The notes below the pieces were generated by a model. That model saw only the letters and a program-made list of their open reading frames with translations, was not told where the DNA came from and ran no database searches. DNA of 64,000 bases. It comes from Chloroflexota bacterium. GTDB lineage: Bacteria; Chloroflexota; Dehalococcoidia; Lucifugimonadales; Lucifugimonadaceae. Shown here piece after piece: positions 47,969 through 58,857 of the stretch. Each line of letters starts with the position of its first letter. Positions within the stretch are counted from its first letter, which is position 1. A program made the position numbers and the translations under genes. The DNA is taken from assembly GCA_018650845.1 (NCBI GenBank), contig JABIFF010000021.1, positions 16,163-80,162 on the forward strand. The letters are read 5' to 3'.

Positions 47969-49147
47969 CTAGTCGTTACTAGAACTTTCGGTGTTCTTGT
48001 CTCGACCGTCGATCACCGGACCATCGTTGTTTATGCGACGCTCTTGAGGCTGGTTTCCATCGATGACCGGGCCATCGGTATTGACTCGACCACGCTCAGG
48101 TGAACCTCCGCGATCGTTTCGACCTCGGCCACGTGAATCGCCACCTCTGTCATCACGACGTGGACCTCGAGAGTATCCACCGCCTCCGCCACGGTCGTCT
48201 CTGCGTGGGCCGCGAGAATATCCGCCACCACCGCCACGAGAATCGCCGCCTCTATCGTCACGACGTGGGCCACGGGAGTATCCTCCGCCGCCGCCACCAC
48301 GATCATCACGACGTCCACCGCCGCCTGAATATCCGCCACGATCGCCTCGATCGTCACGCCTTGGGCCACGATCATCTCTGCCCCGAGAATCACGATCGTC
48401 ACGACGAGGGCCACGGTCGTCATATCTCGAACGGTTATCCCGCGGGGCGCCTCTAGAATCACGAGAATCGCGACCACGATAGTCACCGATTGATCCTCGA
48501 TCGTCACGAGAATCCCGCGAGTCACCAGAATCTTCACGACGGTCATCACGACGCTTCGGCCGACCACCGTCATACGGAATTTCGCTGCGGTAACGCCCTG
48601 AAGGTGCACCACGATTTCCGAAGTTAGATTTTGGCGACTCGCCTCTATCTACAATTCGAGTTCGAGAAGTGGTCTGACGATGATCAGAACGGCCTTCTTC
48701 TTCCTCATCATCATCATCTGACTGACGAGGACGTCGACTTCGTAGTTCCTCAAGAGCATCCAGACCAGCCTCGGTACCCATAGTTCGGCCAATGCCCGTA
48801 TACCGTGCGTAACCCTGGTTCACCAACTGAGCCATCTTTGCTCGTGCAGTCGCCGGATCAATATTCCGGAACCACCGAGCGATCATCAAATAACAAAGCT
48901 CAAGCGGAGTCAGACTCTCTTCAGTACCTACGAGAACATAAAGAACTCGGTCACCCGCACTTTTCAGCTCACGGAACGCAGGTGCCGACGGAATCATGCC
49001 CGTCAAATCCCAAGCGGCAATCACCCACTCCTTTTCCTCGTCGGAAAGGCGCGACCACGCACGCTGGCGCTTCGCCTCAAGATCAGTTGACTGACCAGGG
49101 CGATGCTCTATGGCTGAAAGATCGATGTTATGAATAATTTCGGGCAT
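47969..49147 (-). CDS. Hypothetical protein: folded N-terminal domain plus long RG/RD-rich disordered tail
   Basis: Repeats of GGGGGYSRGPRRDDRGG and DSRDDRG. Confidence 0.7.
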   Translation of the reverse strand: MPEIIHNIDLSAIEHRPGQSTDLEAKRQRAWSRLSDEEKEWVIAAWDLTGMIPSAPAFRELKSAGDRVLYVLVGTEESLTPLELCYLMIARWFRNIDPATARAKMAQLVNQGYARYTGIGRTMGTEAGLDALEELRSRRPRQSDDDDEEEEGRSDHRQTTSRTRIVDRGESPKSNFGNRGAPSGRYRSEIPYDGGRPKRRDDRREDSGDSRDSRDDRGSIGDYRGRDSRDSRGAPRDNRSRYDDRGPRRDDRDSRGRDDRGPRRDDRGDRGGYSGGGGRRDDRGGGGGGYSRGPRRDDRGGDSRGGGGGYSRGPRRDDRGGGGGYSRGPRRDDRGGDSRGRGRNDRGGSPERGRVNTDGPVIDGNQPQERRINNDGPVIDGRDKNTESSSND

Positions 49148-49221
49148 CGTTAAATGATGGACTCGATCTCATCGCACAACAAGCACAAATTGTTAACTCA
49201 ACAAACACGAACACCAGCACT

Positions 49222-49398
49222 CGTCATCCTGAACTCGATTCAGGATCTCGAACCAGCACGAAGTAGCTGTTCGCAAATTCAGTTAGTCACTAAAATCATC
49301 CCGCAAGAACAATCTGTCCTCCCTCCCAGAGTGGGAGGGAGTTAGAGGGTGGGAGACTGCGACGCCAAGCCGAATCGTTCGACGACGAGCGCGACTAA
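49222..49398. repeat. Composite REP cluster (family II + family I + tail)
   Basis: 49222-49270 is identical to 50511-50559; 49311-49356 is identical to 51855-51900. Confidence 0.8.
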
Positions 49399-49489
49399 CG
49401 CCACACCAGCGGCCTCATCTTCGCAATCACATCAATAACTCACCTGCCGTAGAAAACGTGCCTAAAGGCACCCTGCTACCATCTCGGAT

Positions 49490-50464
49490 GTGACTACATC
49501 AAATACCCAATACGCCCTCGCCGCCGACATCGGTGGCACCAACATCCGAGCAGCCCTAGTCGACTCCGAAGGTCGAATGACCGGTAGAGGATCGATCGAC
49601 ACACTCCCAGAACGCGGGATCGAAGACGCCAGCGACCGACTCGCCCGCCTCCTAAAAGCCGCCCGTGCCACCGCACCCAGCGGAGCCGAAATCGTCGGAG
49701 TAGGCGTTTCGACCGCCGGTCCCATCCGACCCGCAACCGGAACGTACAATCACCCACCAAACCTTCCCGGCTGGCACGATAAATCGATGAAATCGTCTTT
49801 GTCTGAAGCGATGAAACTCCCCGTTTGGGTCGGCCATGATGCAACCCTTGCAGCGCTTGCCGAAACAAGATTCGGCGATCACGTCGGAGCCGAAAACCTC
49901 ATCTACGTCACCATCAGCACCGGCGTCGGTGGCGGCATCATCGCCAACAGCGAAATGGTCACAGGCTCAGCCGGAGGCGCAGGCGAAGTCGGCCACTTGG
50001 CAGTACGAACCGGCGCATATAAATGCAACGTAGGCTGCGACGGCTGTTTCGAAGGCAACGCCTCAGGCCCAGCAATCGCCAAAATCGCCCGTGACCGCTG
50101 GACAGGCGAAGGATCACTCGCAGACTTAGCCAATGGCGATCCAGAAAATATCACTTCTCGAATGGTTTTCGATGCAGCCGACGATGGCGACCCAGTCGCT
50201 CAAGGAGTCGTCGATCTTACGATTCAAAACGTCAGCATCGGACTTGGAATGCTAATCAACGTATTCAACCCCGAAGCACTCGTAATCGGTGGCGGAGTCG
50301 TTCAAGGACTCCAACGACACTGGGAGAAGCTCAAAGAAACCGTGATCGAAAAATCACTCCCCGGCTACGGAAAAACAACACCACTCACAGCCACCCGACT
50401 CGGCGATGACGTAAGCCTCCTAGGCGCGGCCCAACTAGCCTTCCGCCAAGCCCGACGTCAATAG
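49490..50464 (+). CDS. ROK family sugar kinase (glucokinase-like)
   Basis: ADIGGT, TISTGVGGG, GEVGH, CNVGCDGCFE. Confidence 0.9.
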   Translation: MTTSNTQYALAADIGGTNIRAALVDSEGRMTGRGSIDTLPERGIEDASDRLARLLKAARATAPSGAEIVGVGVSTAGPIRPATGTYNHPPNLPGWHDKSMKSSLSEAMKLPVWVGHDATLAALAETRFGDHVGAENLIYVTISTGVGGGIIANSEMVTGSAGGAGEVGHLAVRTGAYKCNVGCDGCFEGNASGPAIAKIARDRWTGEGSLADLANGDPENITSRMVFDAADDGDPVAQGVVDLTIQNVSIGLGMLINVFNPEALVIGGGVVQGLQRHWEKLKETVIEKSLPGYGKTTPLTATRLGDDVSLLGAAQLAFRQARRQ

Positions 50465-50510
50465 CGTTCATCTCAAGTAAACCAATTTGCAATACGTTTC
50501 ACCGCCATCC

Positions 50511-50559
50511 CGTCATCCTGAACTCGATTCAGGATCTCGAACCAGCACGAAGTAGCTGT
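50511..50559. repeat. REP-like family II element
   Basis: CGTCATCCTGAACTCGATTCAGGATCTCGAACCAGCACGAAGTAGCTGT, identical to 49222-49270. Confidence 0.8.
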
Positions 50560-50611
50560 CCACCCAGCCAATCACCGCCCTCAAAACACCGTCTTACAGA
50601 AAACCTCAACA

Positions 50612-51784
50612 ATGAAAATCACCGACGTTCGAGCCTACGTAGTAGAACCCTTCACATGGGAATGGGCAGGCATAACCCGTCCACTCCGCTGGATGTTCCT
50701 CAGAATCGACACCGACGAAGGAATCACCGGTTGGGGTGAAGGAAGCTCGTTCCCACACCACGGATCTGAAATGGTCGGCCTTGGTGCACTCGCAGCCAAA
50801 GAACTGCTCATTGGCCAAGACCCAACCAATATCGAAGTCCTCTGGCAAAAAATGTTCCGACGGCACACCTCAGTCGGCGCAAGAGGCATCACCTCAGCAG
50901 TCGTAAGTGCTGTAGATATCGCTCTCTGGGACATCACTGGAAAAGCCGCTGGCAAACCGGTTTACGAACTACTCGGTGGCAAAATGCGTGACGATGTCGA
51001 CATGTACGCCAACGGCTGGTTCGACAATTGCGTAACACCCGAGCAATACGCAGATGCCGCACGAAACGTAGTCCTACCCGCCGGCCACACCGCCTTAAAA
51101 TTCGATCCATTCCCAGAGCACGAAGATGGTTTCCTCTCGGGCGGACTAACCGAAGAGGGCACAGAAAAAGCGTCAGATATCGTAAAAGCAGTGCGTGAAG
51201 TCGTGGGACGCAATCACGAAATTCTTATCGATGCCCACGGTCGTTTTAACGTGCCCACTGCCGTGCGACTTGGAAATCGACTTTTCGACGAATCCAACAT
51301 CGGCTGGTTCGAAGAACCCGTACCCGCCGAAAGCAACGCTGCACTAGAGCTTGTTCGCCCTCAACTACGAGCACCTATCAGTGTCGGTGAACGACTCTTC
51401 ACCCGTTTCGATTTCGTAGAAATATTCGAAAAACGACTAACCGATTACGTCATGCCCGACATCTGTCTGGCTGGCGGCATTTCTGAAATGCGAAAAATCG
51501 CCAACATGGCCGAGGCTTACCACCTGCCGTTCAGCCCACACAACGCCCAAGGCACCCTGCAAATCGTTTCAGGGGCGCAGCTGTGCATGACATTGCCGAA
51601 CTTCTACCGACTCGAACATGCAATGACCCACATCTCCGGCTACAACCGCTTCCTAACCGAACCACTCAATTTCCACGATGGAAAACTAACCCTCTCCGAC
51701 AAACCAGGACTCGGCGTCGAAATGGACGTAGAAGAAATCGAACGCTCCTCAATAGAAATCGAATGGCCCGAAAACCTTAACTAG
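50612..51784 (+). CDS. Mandelate racemase/enolase superfamily acid-sugar dehydratase (galactonate dehydratase-like)
   Basis: SAVDIALWDI, ALKFDP, LIDAHGR, WFEEP, GER, PD, PHN. Confidence 0.88.
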   Translation: MKITDVRAYVVEPFTWEWAGITRPLRWMFLRIDTDEGITGWGEGSSFPHHGSEMVGLGALAAKELLIGQDPTNIEVLWQKMFRRHTSVGARGITSAVVSAVDIALWDITGKAAGKPVYELLGGKMRDDVDMYANGWFDNCVTPEQYADAARNVVLPAGHTALKFDPFPEHEDGFLSGGLTEEGTEKASDIVKAVREVVGRNHEILIDAHGRFNVPTAVRLGNRLFDESNIGWFEEPVPAESNAALELVRPQLRAPISVGERLFTRFDFVEIFEKRLTDYVMPDICLAGGISEMRKIANMAEAYHLPFSPHNAQGTLQIVSGAQLCMTLPNFYRLEHAMTHISGYNRFLTEPLNFHDGKLTLSDKPGLGVEMDVEEIERSSIEIEWPENLN

Positions 51785-51805
51785 AAGATAGTCCAGCCCG
51801 ACACA

Positions 51806-51943
51806 AGTCATCCTGAATTCGATTCACCAACGACCGACGCGGCCATTGCGGCTAAATCTGTCCTCCCTCCCAGAGTGGGAGGGAGTTAGAGGGTGGGAGA
51901 ATTGCGACGCGGAGTCGAGTCATCCGATGACGAGCGCGACTAA
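51806..51943. repeat. Composite REP cluster
   Basis: Partial family II, then family I, then the ACGAGCGCGACTAA tail. Confidence 0.75.
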
Positions 51944-51949
51944 ACGCAA

Positions 51950-53101
51950 TTAGAAATTCTCTTCGTGATCCCACGGATCTTCAGGCGGCAAGTCGATATC
52001 GAACGGATCTCCACGATCCAATCCAAGCTCTTCGGCCTCTTCGGTAACACCAGTACCAAAGTCATCAACCTCGCTCGGATCAGGTAGATTCTCCCAGCCC
52101 TCAATCTCAGCCGGCTCGTAACCCTCAGTATCAATACCCGGCAACGTATCGCCAGCACCGAACATAGAACGAGCCATCTCCTGAGTCACAACCTCATCGA
52201 GATCTTCCTCATCCTTCATCGTCTGCAAAGCCTGCTGAACAAGCTCAACCACACGCGGCTCCGTACTCACCAACTTGCGTTCGAGCTGACCTCTCGCAAC
52301 ATCCCCGCCAATGCGCTCAACCGCTGAAATCGCAGCAAGCTGAACCGTCAAATCAGCATCATCCAAAGGAGCCTCAAGAGCAGTCAAATGCTCCTCATCA
52401 CCAAGCTCACCCATCGCCATCGTCGCCTCATAGCGAATCGAAACAACATCATGCTCAAGATCTGGAATCACCCTGTCGACCCACTTGGGGTTCGACGTCC
52501 GCCCCATCGCAAACAAACTACTCTGCCGAGCACTAATATCACTCGTCGACCAAGCAGCCTCAATATGAGCATCAAGCCGGTCGCCACCGAAAACAGAAAC
52601 AGCTTCGAGGGCCTTCAGCTTCACATCTGTAACTTCACGCTCGTCATCCAAAACGCCGTAAAGCACATCGATCAACGCCTCTTCGTAGCGCTTGCTCAGC
52701 TTGCCCATCTGAGCCATCGCCGACAAATAAGCCAGCGGTATCGCAGCAGCAGCACGCACCTCTGATGCAGGATCCGATTTCAACATCTCACACAGCGGTC
52801 GCACCAACGTACGATCATCGCTCTCTTCAAGACCCTTCAGCGAAGAAACACGAACACCCGAGCTCGGATGAACAATTCCCTGCTTGAAAATCGTCTCAAA
52901 CTCAACATCAGGCTGCTCTTCGTTAAGAGCCACCATTCGATCGACAATGTCGAGAACGCGTTCCGAAGTCCACTCCAGCCATAGCTGACCGAACTCTTCA
53001 GCTTCGGGAGCAGTAAGCCCCGACAGCTCAGGCAACGCTGCGTAGTCGATAGCCGCATCGTCATCTTCAGGCAGTTTATTGAGAAATTCGTCTAAACCCA
53101 T
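51950..53101 (-). CDS. HEAT-repeat protein with acidic tail
   Basis: DPASEVRAAAAIPL, IRYEATMAMGELG, VQLAAISAVERIG repeats. Confidence 0.85.
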   Translation of the reverse strand: MGLDEFLNKLPEDDDAAIDYAALPELSGLTAPEAEEFGQLWLEWTSERVLDIVDRMVALNEEQPDVEFETIFKQGIVHPSSGVRVSSLKGLEESDDRTLVRPLCEMLKSDPASEVRAAAAIPLAYLSAMAQMGKLSKRYEEALIDVLYGVLDDEREVTDVKLKALEAVSVFGGDRLDAHIEAAWSTSDISARQSSLFAMGRTSNPKWVDRVIPDLEHDVVSIRYEATMAMGELGDEEHLTALEAPLDDADLTVQLAAISAVERIGGDVARGQLERKLVSTEPRVVELVQQALQTMKDEEDLDEVVTQEMARSMFGAGDTLPGIDTEGYEPAEIEGWENLPDPSEVDDFGTGVTEEAEELGLDRGDPFDIDLPPEDPWDHEENF

Positions 53102-53143
53102 GTGTAAATTCTAGCTCGCCAGTTCGAGCAACAAAACGACGCT

Positions 53144-54466
53144 CTACTCGTCTTTCGCTGCAACCTCTACACCAAGAACCTGCATCGCCGGCGAACGCAT
53201 AGATCCGAACACCCAGTCCGATGAATCCCCAACGTGTTCAACCTGCGAAAGCACCTTGTAAACATTGCCAGAAATCATCGTGTCTTTCACTCGACCAACA
53301 ATCTCGCCGTTCTCAATCTTGTAGCCAAGCGAAACATTAGCCCTGAAGTCACCACCGAGTTCATTACCCTGCCCAGCGCCAAGAAGTTCCTCAACAACGA
53401 GTCCTTCCTTCACACCAGCAATCATGTCCTCGAAGTGCGTGTCACCAGCTGCGATATCGATAACTGAAGAGCTTGGCGATGGCGTGCTTGCCAAACCACG
53501 ACCTGCAGCCCCGGTTGAAGTCTTGCCAAGCTGACCCGCAGTCTGCAAATCAAGCAGCGGGCCACCAGCAACACCGTTTTCGATTAACGCTAATTTGCGG
53601 CTAGCCACACCCTCATCGTCGAACGGACGACTACCGCTAGCACCGCTAATCAAAGGATTGTCGTAAACAGAAATCCGCTCATCGACAATCTTTTCGCCCC
53701 AACGTTCGCCCAAAGGCGACGAACCGTTCGCAACGTTCTTTCCGTTGAACCCAGAAAGCAGTGGGTGAAGCATGGTTGCACCGACTCCACGAGGAGTGAA
53801 AATCACCGGCAAATCGCCAGTATTCGCGGTTGCCTGTGCAGTCTCCTTCGACCACCTAAGCGAACGTCGAACCGTCTGCAACAGTCGATCAAGTTCGTCA
53901 TCACCAAACAGGTGACTCGAACCATAACCGGCCCAAACGTTCAGCATGTCTGTGCCACGAATCAACTGAGCGCCAAGCGAACAGTAGTAGCTCGTCTGTT
54001 CATACTCTTCATCGATTCCAGCCGAATTCATAATCCGACCTCGACCAGTCGCCCAACCAAGCCGTGCATCGCACAACAGATCGGGCCATTCGTCCAACAG
54101 TCGCTCGATAAGCCCCTGCCCAGTGTCGATCATCGACTGCTGAGCCACCTGAGAAACTCCTGGATCCACAATATCTACAGTCGGATATTCGCTCGGAGCA
54201 GGAAAGCTAAACGAAGCCTCCGATCCAAACGGCGCCAACGAAGCCGCCCGATCAACCAACTCGCCTTCACGAGCAGCATCGGTAGTTGAAGTAAATCCAA
54301 TCCGGCCGTCATCGATCACCCGCAACGCAACACCCGAAGTGTCACGACGCATGATTTCTTTCAGCTTGTTCGATTCGAATGAAACCGGATGACTCTCCGA
54401 TTCGATTCGGTAAACCTCTGCCTGGTCAAATTTTGCAGCTGCTGCGTTTAGTAGCGATTCGCTCAA
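53144..54466 (-). CDS. pmbA: TldE/PmbA family protein
   Basis: PFDDEG, GYKIENGEI, adjacent to tldD, lacks HExxxH. Confidence 0.85.
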   Translation of the reverse strand: MSESLLNAAAAKFDQAEVYRIESESHPVSFESNKLKEIMRRDTSGVALRVIDDGRIGFTSTTDAAREGELVDRAASLAPFGSEASFSFPAPSEYPTVDIVDPGVSQVAQQSMIDTGQGLIERLLDEWPDLLCDARLGWATGRGRIMNSAGIDEEYEQTSYYCSLGAQLIRGTDMLNVWAGYGSSHLFGDDELDRLLQTVRRSLRWSKETAQATANTGDLPVIFTPRGVGATMLHPLLSGFNGKNVANGSSPLGERWGEKIVDERISVYDNPLISGASGSRPFDDEGVASRKLALIENGVAGGPLLDLQTAGQLGKTSTGAAGRGLASTPSPSSSVIDIAAGDTHFEDMIAGVKEGLVVEELLGAGQGNELGGDFRANVSLGYKIENGEIVGRVKDTMISGNVYKVLSQVEHVGDSSDWVFGSMRSPAMQVLGVEVAAKDE

Positions 54467-54515
54467 TTTTTTATCTCTCGTAATTGGTGACTAATGAAAT
54501 TGGAAAACGCCGTGT

Positions 54516-55880
54516 CTACGCGCCTGAAATCAAACAGTTTTGAATTCGGATATGTGGGCTACCGTTCGATACCGGCAAAGGCGACTGACCACCCTTACCG
54601 CAACCACCACCCTGGTTCATATCGAGATCATTGCCAACCCCATCGAGGTTCTGCAAAGTCTCAAACAGGTTTCCGGTGAGCATCACAGGGCGAACCGCCT
54701 CTTGAATCTCACCATTGCGAATCATGTACGCCTCGCCAGATGAGAATGTAAACATCTCGTGCTGAGTCATACCGCCATACCAGTTTCGAACGTAAACACC
54801 GTCCTCAACACCTGATAGCAGATCGTCCAACGTCGCCTCACCCGGTTCGATAATCGTGTTCGTCATTCGAACAATTGGCGGGAAGTTATATCCAATCGCA
54901 CGAGCGTTACCAGTAGGCTGCTCGCCCATCTTCGCTGCCGTCTCACGAGAATGAAGCCGACCAACCAGTTCACCCTCTCGAACCAATGCGGTTCGAGTAG
55001 CAGGCGTACCTTCGTCGTCGTACTTAAAACTTCCTCGCAACGCAGGAATCGACGCACCGTCGGTGAAATTCAGGTGTTTGCCACCGAACTTACGCCCCAT
55101 GTACATAATCTCTTTGAGCTTGTCGTTCTCGTAAACGTTATCGCCTTCAGAAAGGTGACCGAATGCCTCGTGAACAAACACTCCAGCCAATACCGGATCA
55201 AGGATCACCGTTCGTTCACCGCCATCAAGCGATTTCGCATCCAGCAAAGCAACCGCTCGCTTCGCAGCGTCGATCACTTGATCATCCAAACCACGAATCA
55301 GCCCGTAATCGCCCTGCGATCCAAGACTAAATCCAGCCTGTTGAACATCTCCACCGTTTCGAGCCTGTGCTGAAATCCGTGAAATAACGTGAATCTGCTG
55401 CTGCTCAATGTACGAACCATCAGAACTACCAAAGAACGTCTTACGAGAAGTATCACCGTAAATAATGTCGGCACTGTTTATGCCATCGACCGACCACACC
55501 AGATCGTTGTAGTGGTCCATCTGGCGCTTCTTCTCGTCGAGAGAAATCTCTGTTGGATCCTCAACAATGTAAGCCGGCACCACATCAACATGCGCCTCCG
55601 ACTCGCCAAGCTCCGTTGTCGATCCACCAACAGCCTTCGACTGTGCAACGGCGTCAGCAACTTTAGAACTCAACTCCTCAAGGCTGTTGAAACTGGCAAA
55701 ACCCCAGCCGCCTTTTGTAGCAGCTCGCACGTTACCGCCCAAACCACTGGTCTGAGCAATTGTGTCGAGGGATTTACCTCGGTAAGTAAGACGTGAGTTA
55801 TCCGTCTCCTCAATCCGAATTTCGCAGTAGTCGGCACCGTGGCCGTTCAGGGCGTTCTCAATTAGGTCGCGGTATTTCAC
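54516..55880 (-). CDS. tldD: TldD family metalloprotease
   Basis: HEAFGHLSEGD, YDDEG, PIVRMTNT, GCGKGGQ. Confidence 0.92.
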   Translation of the reverse strand: MKYRDLIENALNGHGADYCEIRIEETDNSRLTYRGKSLDTIAQTSGLGGNVRAATKGGWGFASFNSLEELSSKVADAVAQSKAVGGSTTELGESEAHVDVVPAYIVEDPTEISLDEKKRQMDHYNDLVWSVDGINSADIIYGDTSRKTFFGSSDGSYIEQQQIHVISRISAQARNGGDVQQAGFSLGSQGDYGLIRGLDDQVIDAAKRAVALLDAKSLDGGERTVILDPVLAGVFVHEAFGHLSEGDNVYENDKLKEIMYMGRKFGGKHLNFTDGASIPALRGSFKYDDEGTPATRTALVREGELVGRLHSRETAAKMGEQPTGNARAIGYNFPPIVRMTNTIIEPGEATLDDLLSGVEDGVYVRNWYGGMTQHEMFTFSSGEAYMIRNGEIQEAVRPVMLTGNLFETLQNLDGVGNDLDMNQGGGCGKGGQSPLPVSNGSPHIRIQNCLISGA

Positions 55881-56031
55881 GAATCTGCCGAGCCTCTTCT
55901 AATAGCGGTTGCGGTCGTAGATGTTCCGAGCCGTTCCAAGCGTCAATACTAGCAATCGAGCCAACAAAGTCGTACCACTTCACGGCATTTGAAATGACAT
56001 TCCTACCCATTCACCGTGATAATCGTTATCA

Positions 56032-57426
56032 ATGGCGATCACAAGCAACGTAAATAGCGAATATCACGCAGCGATTTCACGACTGCTATCGCTTGCCGAC
56101 TTCGAGCGAAAATCACGCGCCAACGACCCACCCGATTTCCACCTTAAACGAATCGAACGACTGCTCGCATACCTCGGCAATCCGCACATCGGGCAAAAAT
56201 ATGTCCACGTCGCAGGAAGCAAAGGCAAGGGCAGCACCTCCGCAATGATCGCTTGGTCGCTGGCCGAAAATGGCTACACAACAGGCCTATTCACCTCGCC
56301 ATCGATCCACACCATCACCGAACGCTTCCGAATAAACGGTGAACCTATCTCGAAAAAAGATTTCACAAGCCTGGTGAACGATCTATGGCCAGCCGTTGAA
56401 AAAGTAACGGCCGATGGTGATATCGGAATAGTTTCTGTATTTGAACTCGAAACAGCCATGGCATTCTGCCACTTCAGGAATTCGAAGGCCGACATAAGCG
56501 TGATCGAAGTCGGTCTTGGCGGCAGGCTCGATTCCACCAACATCATCACCCCTCTCGTCTCGGTAATTACACCGATCAGCCTCGATCACATCGCGGTGCT
56601 CGGCGACACCATCGAACTAATAGCCGCAGAAAAAGCCGGAATCATCAAACCCGGCGTACCAGTTGTAACTTCACCCCAAAATCCTGCCGCACTAAACGTA
56701 ATAAAAGAAAAGGCCTCAAGCCAAAATTCGACACTAATCGAATCCCAAACCAAAGCAGAGATAAACAGTCAAAACGATCTCGTTCTAGACGGAACCAAAC
56801 TATCCATCACCATCGAAAACGAAGCCTACAGCCCTCATCTTCGGCTTCTTGGCGATCACCAAATCGACAACGCCTGCACAGCCATCACCACCGTTCACGA
56901 ACTGTCCAAGCTAGGCATAAAAACCAAGCCATATAAAACCGACACCGGAATCGAAAATACAAACTGGCCAGCCAGAAACCAGCTTCTAGCGACCTCGCCA
57001 ACACCAGTTTTCGTCGATGGAGCCCACAACGATGCATCAGCGATCGCACTATGCAAATCCGTAGAAAAACTATTTCCGTACCGCGAACAAGTAATCGTCA
57101 TTCTCGGCACCGTCCGCGGCCATGATCCAACCGTCATAGCCCGCGAATTGGCACCCCTAAACCCAAAAATCATCGTTACTGAATCTAGACACCCAAAATC
57201 TCTCACCCATTTAGAACTGTCAGAAGCGCTGGGTGATAGTAAAATCCCTGTACTTGCAACAACAGCCACCACTCAAGAGGCTCTCGAACAAGCGAAACAC
57301 CTAGCAAACAGCAGTGATCTCATCCTCGGAACCGGATCACTATTCGTAGCAGCGGAACTAGCCGAACTCGAACTTGGTATCGAGCCAGAGCTATATCCCG
57401 ACATTAAACTTCCACCCCGACCCTAA
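56032..57426 (+). CDS. folC: Folylpolyglutamate synthase/dihydrofolate synthase
   Basis: HVAGSKGKGST, EVGLGGRLDSTN, DGAHN, TGSLF. Confidence 0.95.
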   Translation: MAITSNVNSEYHAAISRLLSLADFERKSRANDPPDFHLKRIERLLAYLGNPHIGQKYVHVAGSKGKGSTSAMIAWSLAENGYTTGLFTSPSIHTITERFRINGEPISKKDFTSLVNDLWPAVEKVTADGDIGIVSVFELETAMAFCHFRNSKADISVIEVGLGGRLDSTNIITPLVSVITPISLDHIAVLGDTIELIAAEKAGIIKPGVPVVTSPQNPAALNVIKEKASSQNSTLIESQTKAEINSQNDLVLDGTKLSITIENEAYSPHLRLLGDHQIDNACTAITTVHELSKLGIKTKPYKTDTGIENTNWPARNQLLATSPTPVFVDGAHNDASAIALCKSVEKLFPYREQVIVILGTVRGHDPTVIARELAPLNPKIIVTESRHPKSLTHLELSEALGDSKIPVLATTATTQEALEQAKHLANSSDLILGTGSLFVAAELAELELGIEPELYPDIKLPPRP

Positions 57427-57453
57427 AAGTCAGAAAAGTTCGAACACCAGTAA

Positions 57454-58704
57454 ATGACCACCAATAACGAAACAAGAGTTGTAGTTACGGGAATGGGCGC
57501 AATAACGTGCCTCGGAAATTCGGTTGAAGAATTTTGGACCGGAATTAAAAACGGTCAATCTGGCATTCGAGAAATCAGTCTGGTTAGCCCCGACGGATTC
57601 CCTTGTAGCGTTTCTGGCGAAATCCAAGATTTCGAAGCATCTGACTATATGGATCGAAAAGAAGCCCGCCGTATGGCACGCTTCTCCCAATTCGCAGTCG
57701 TCGCAGCTCAACAAGCAGTGGCCGATTCTAAAATCAACTTCGAAGATGAAGACCTCGACCGCATAGGCGTACTAATCGGAACTGGATCAGGTGGACTCCC
57801 AGAAACCGATCAACAGGCCGAAATCCGAGTAAAGCGCGGCGTCGGTCGCATGAGCCCGTATTACATCCCGATGATGCTCGTGAACATGGCATCAGCAAAC
57901 ATCTCACACACGTTCAACCTCACCGGCTACACAAATACATGTGTAACCGCCTGCGCAGCCAGCACACAAGCTATCGGCGAAGCAGCCGAAGTGATTCGAC
58001 GTGGCGATGCCGACGTTATTGTCACCGGCGGAACCGAAGCTGGAATTTGTGAAATCGGCATGGGCGGATTCAGCACCATGCGAGCACTAACTACTTGGGA
58101 CGGCGACCCTTCTAAAGCAAGCCGACCGTTCGACAAGGGACGAGACGGATTTGCGCCATCAGAAGGAAGCGGAATTCTCATTCTCGAAAGTCTTGAGCAC
58201 GCTCAAAAACGTGGTGCCAAGATCTACGCCGAAATCGGTGGATGGGGCGTTTCTTCAGATGCCTACCACCTCGTGCAGCCGCACCCAGAAGGATCAGGTG
58301 CTGCGAAGGCAATGAACCGTGCGCTTACAAACGCCGGCGTAACCATCAACGATATCGACTACATCAACGCCCACGGAACATCCACTCCAATCAACGACGC
58401 TTCGGAAACGAAGGCGATCAAAGCGGTGTTCGGCGAACAGGCGTACAACATCCCAGTCAGTTCGACCAAATCTATGGTCGGGCACTCTCTAGGTGCTTCC
58501 GGGTCACTCGAAGCCATCGTCTGCATAAACAGCATCAACGACAGCATCCTGCACCCAACCATCAACCAAGACGAGTCCGATCCAGACTGCGATCTCGACT
58601 ACATCCCGAACGTTGCGCGTGAAACCGAAGTAAACATCACGCTCTCAAACAGTTTCGGATTCGGCGGCCAAAACGCCTGCCTAGTAATCAAGAAATTCGC
58701 GTAA
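57454..58704 (+). CDS. fabF: 3-oxoacyl-ACP synthase II
   Basis: TACAAS, INAHGTST, KSMVGH, NSFGFGGQN. Confidence 0.95.
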   Translation: MTTNNETRVVVTGMGAITCLGNSVEEFWTGIKNGQSGIREISLVSPDGFPCSVSGEIQDFEASDYMDRKEARRMARFSQFAVVAAQQAVADSKINFEDEDLDRIGVLIGTGSGGLPETDQQAEIRVKRGVGRMSPYYIPMMLVNMASANISHTFNLTGYTNTCVTACAASTQAIGEAAEVIRRGDADVIVTGGTEAGICEIGMGGFSTMRALTTWDGDPSKASRPFDKGRDGFAPSEGSGILILESLEHAQKRGAKIYAEIGGWGVSSDAYHLVQPHPEGSGAAKAMNRALTNAGVTINDIDYINAHGTSTPINDASETKAIKAVFGEQAYNIPVSSTKSMVGHSLGASGSLEAIVCINSINDSILHPTINQDESDPDCDLDYIPNVARETEVNITLSNSFGFGGQNACLVIKKFA

Positions 58705-58857
58705 CTTTCAACCAAGATCCTGCCCGTACAAACGCCACTGACATCCGTGGTCGTCAATGCACGTACACAGAAAATTCTGAATTTATGGAACAATTCCGCT
58801 GCCCAAAGCGTCATCCACTTAAGGTGACGTCAACTCAGTTAGCTTTGAGGCTAGAAA

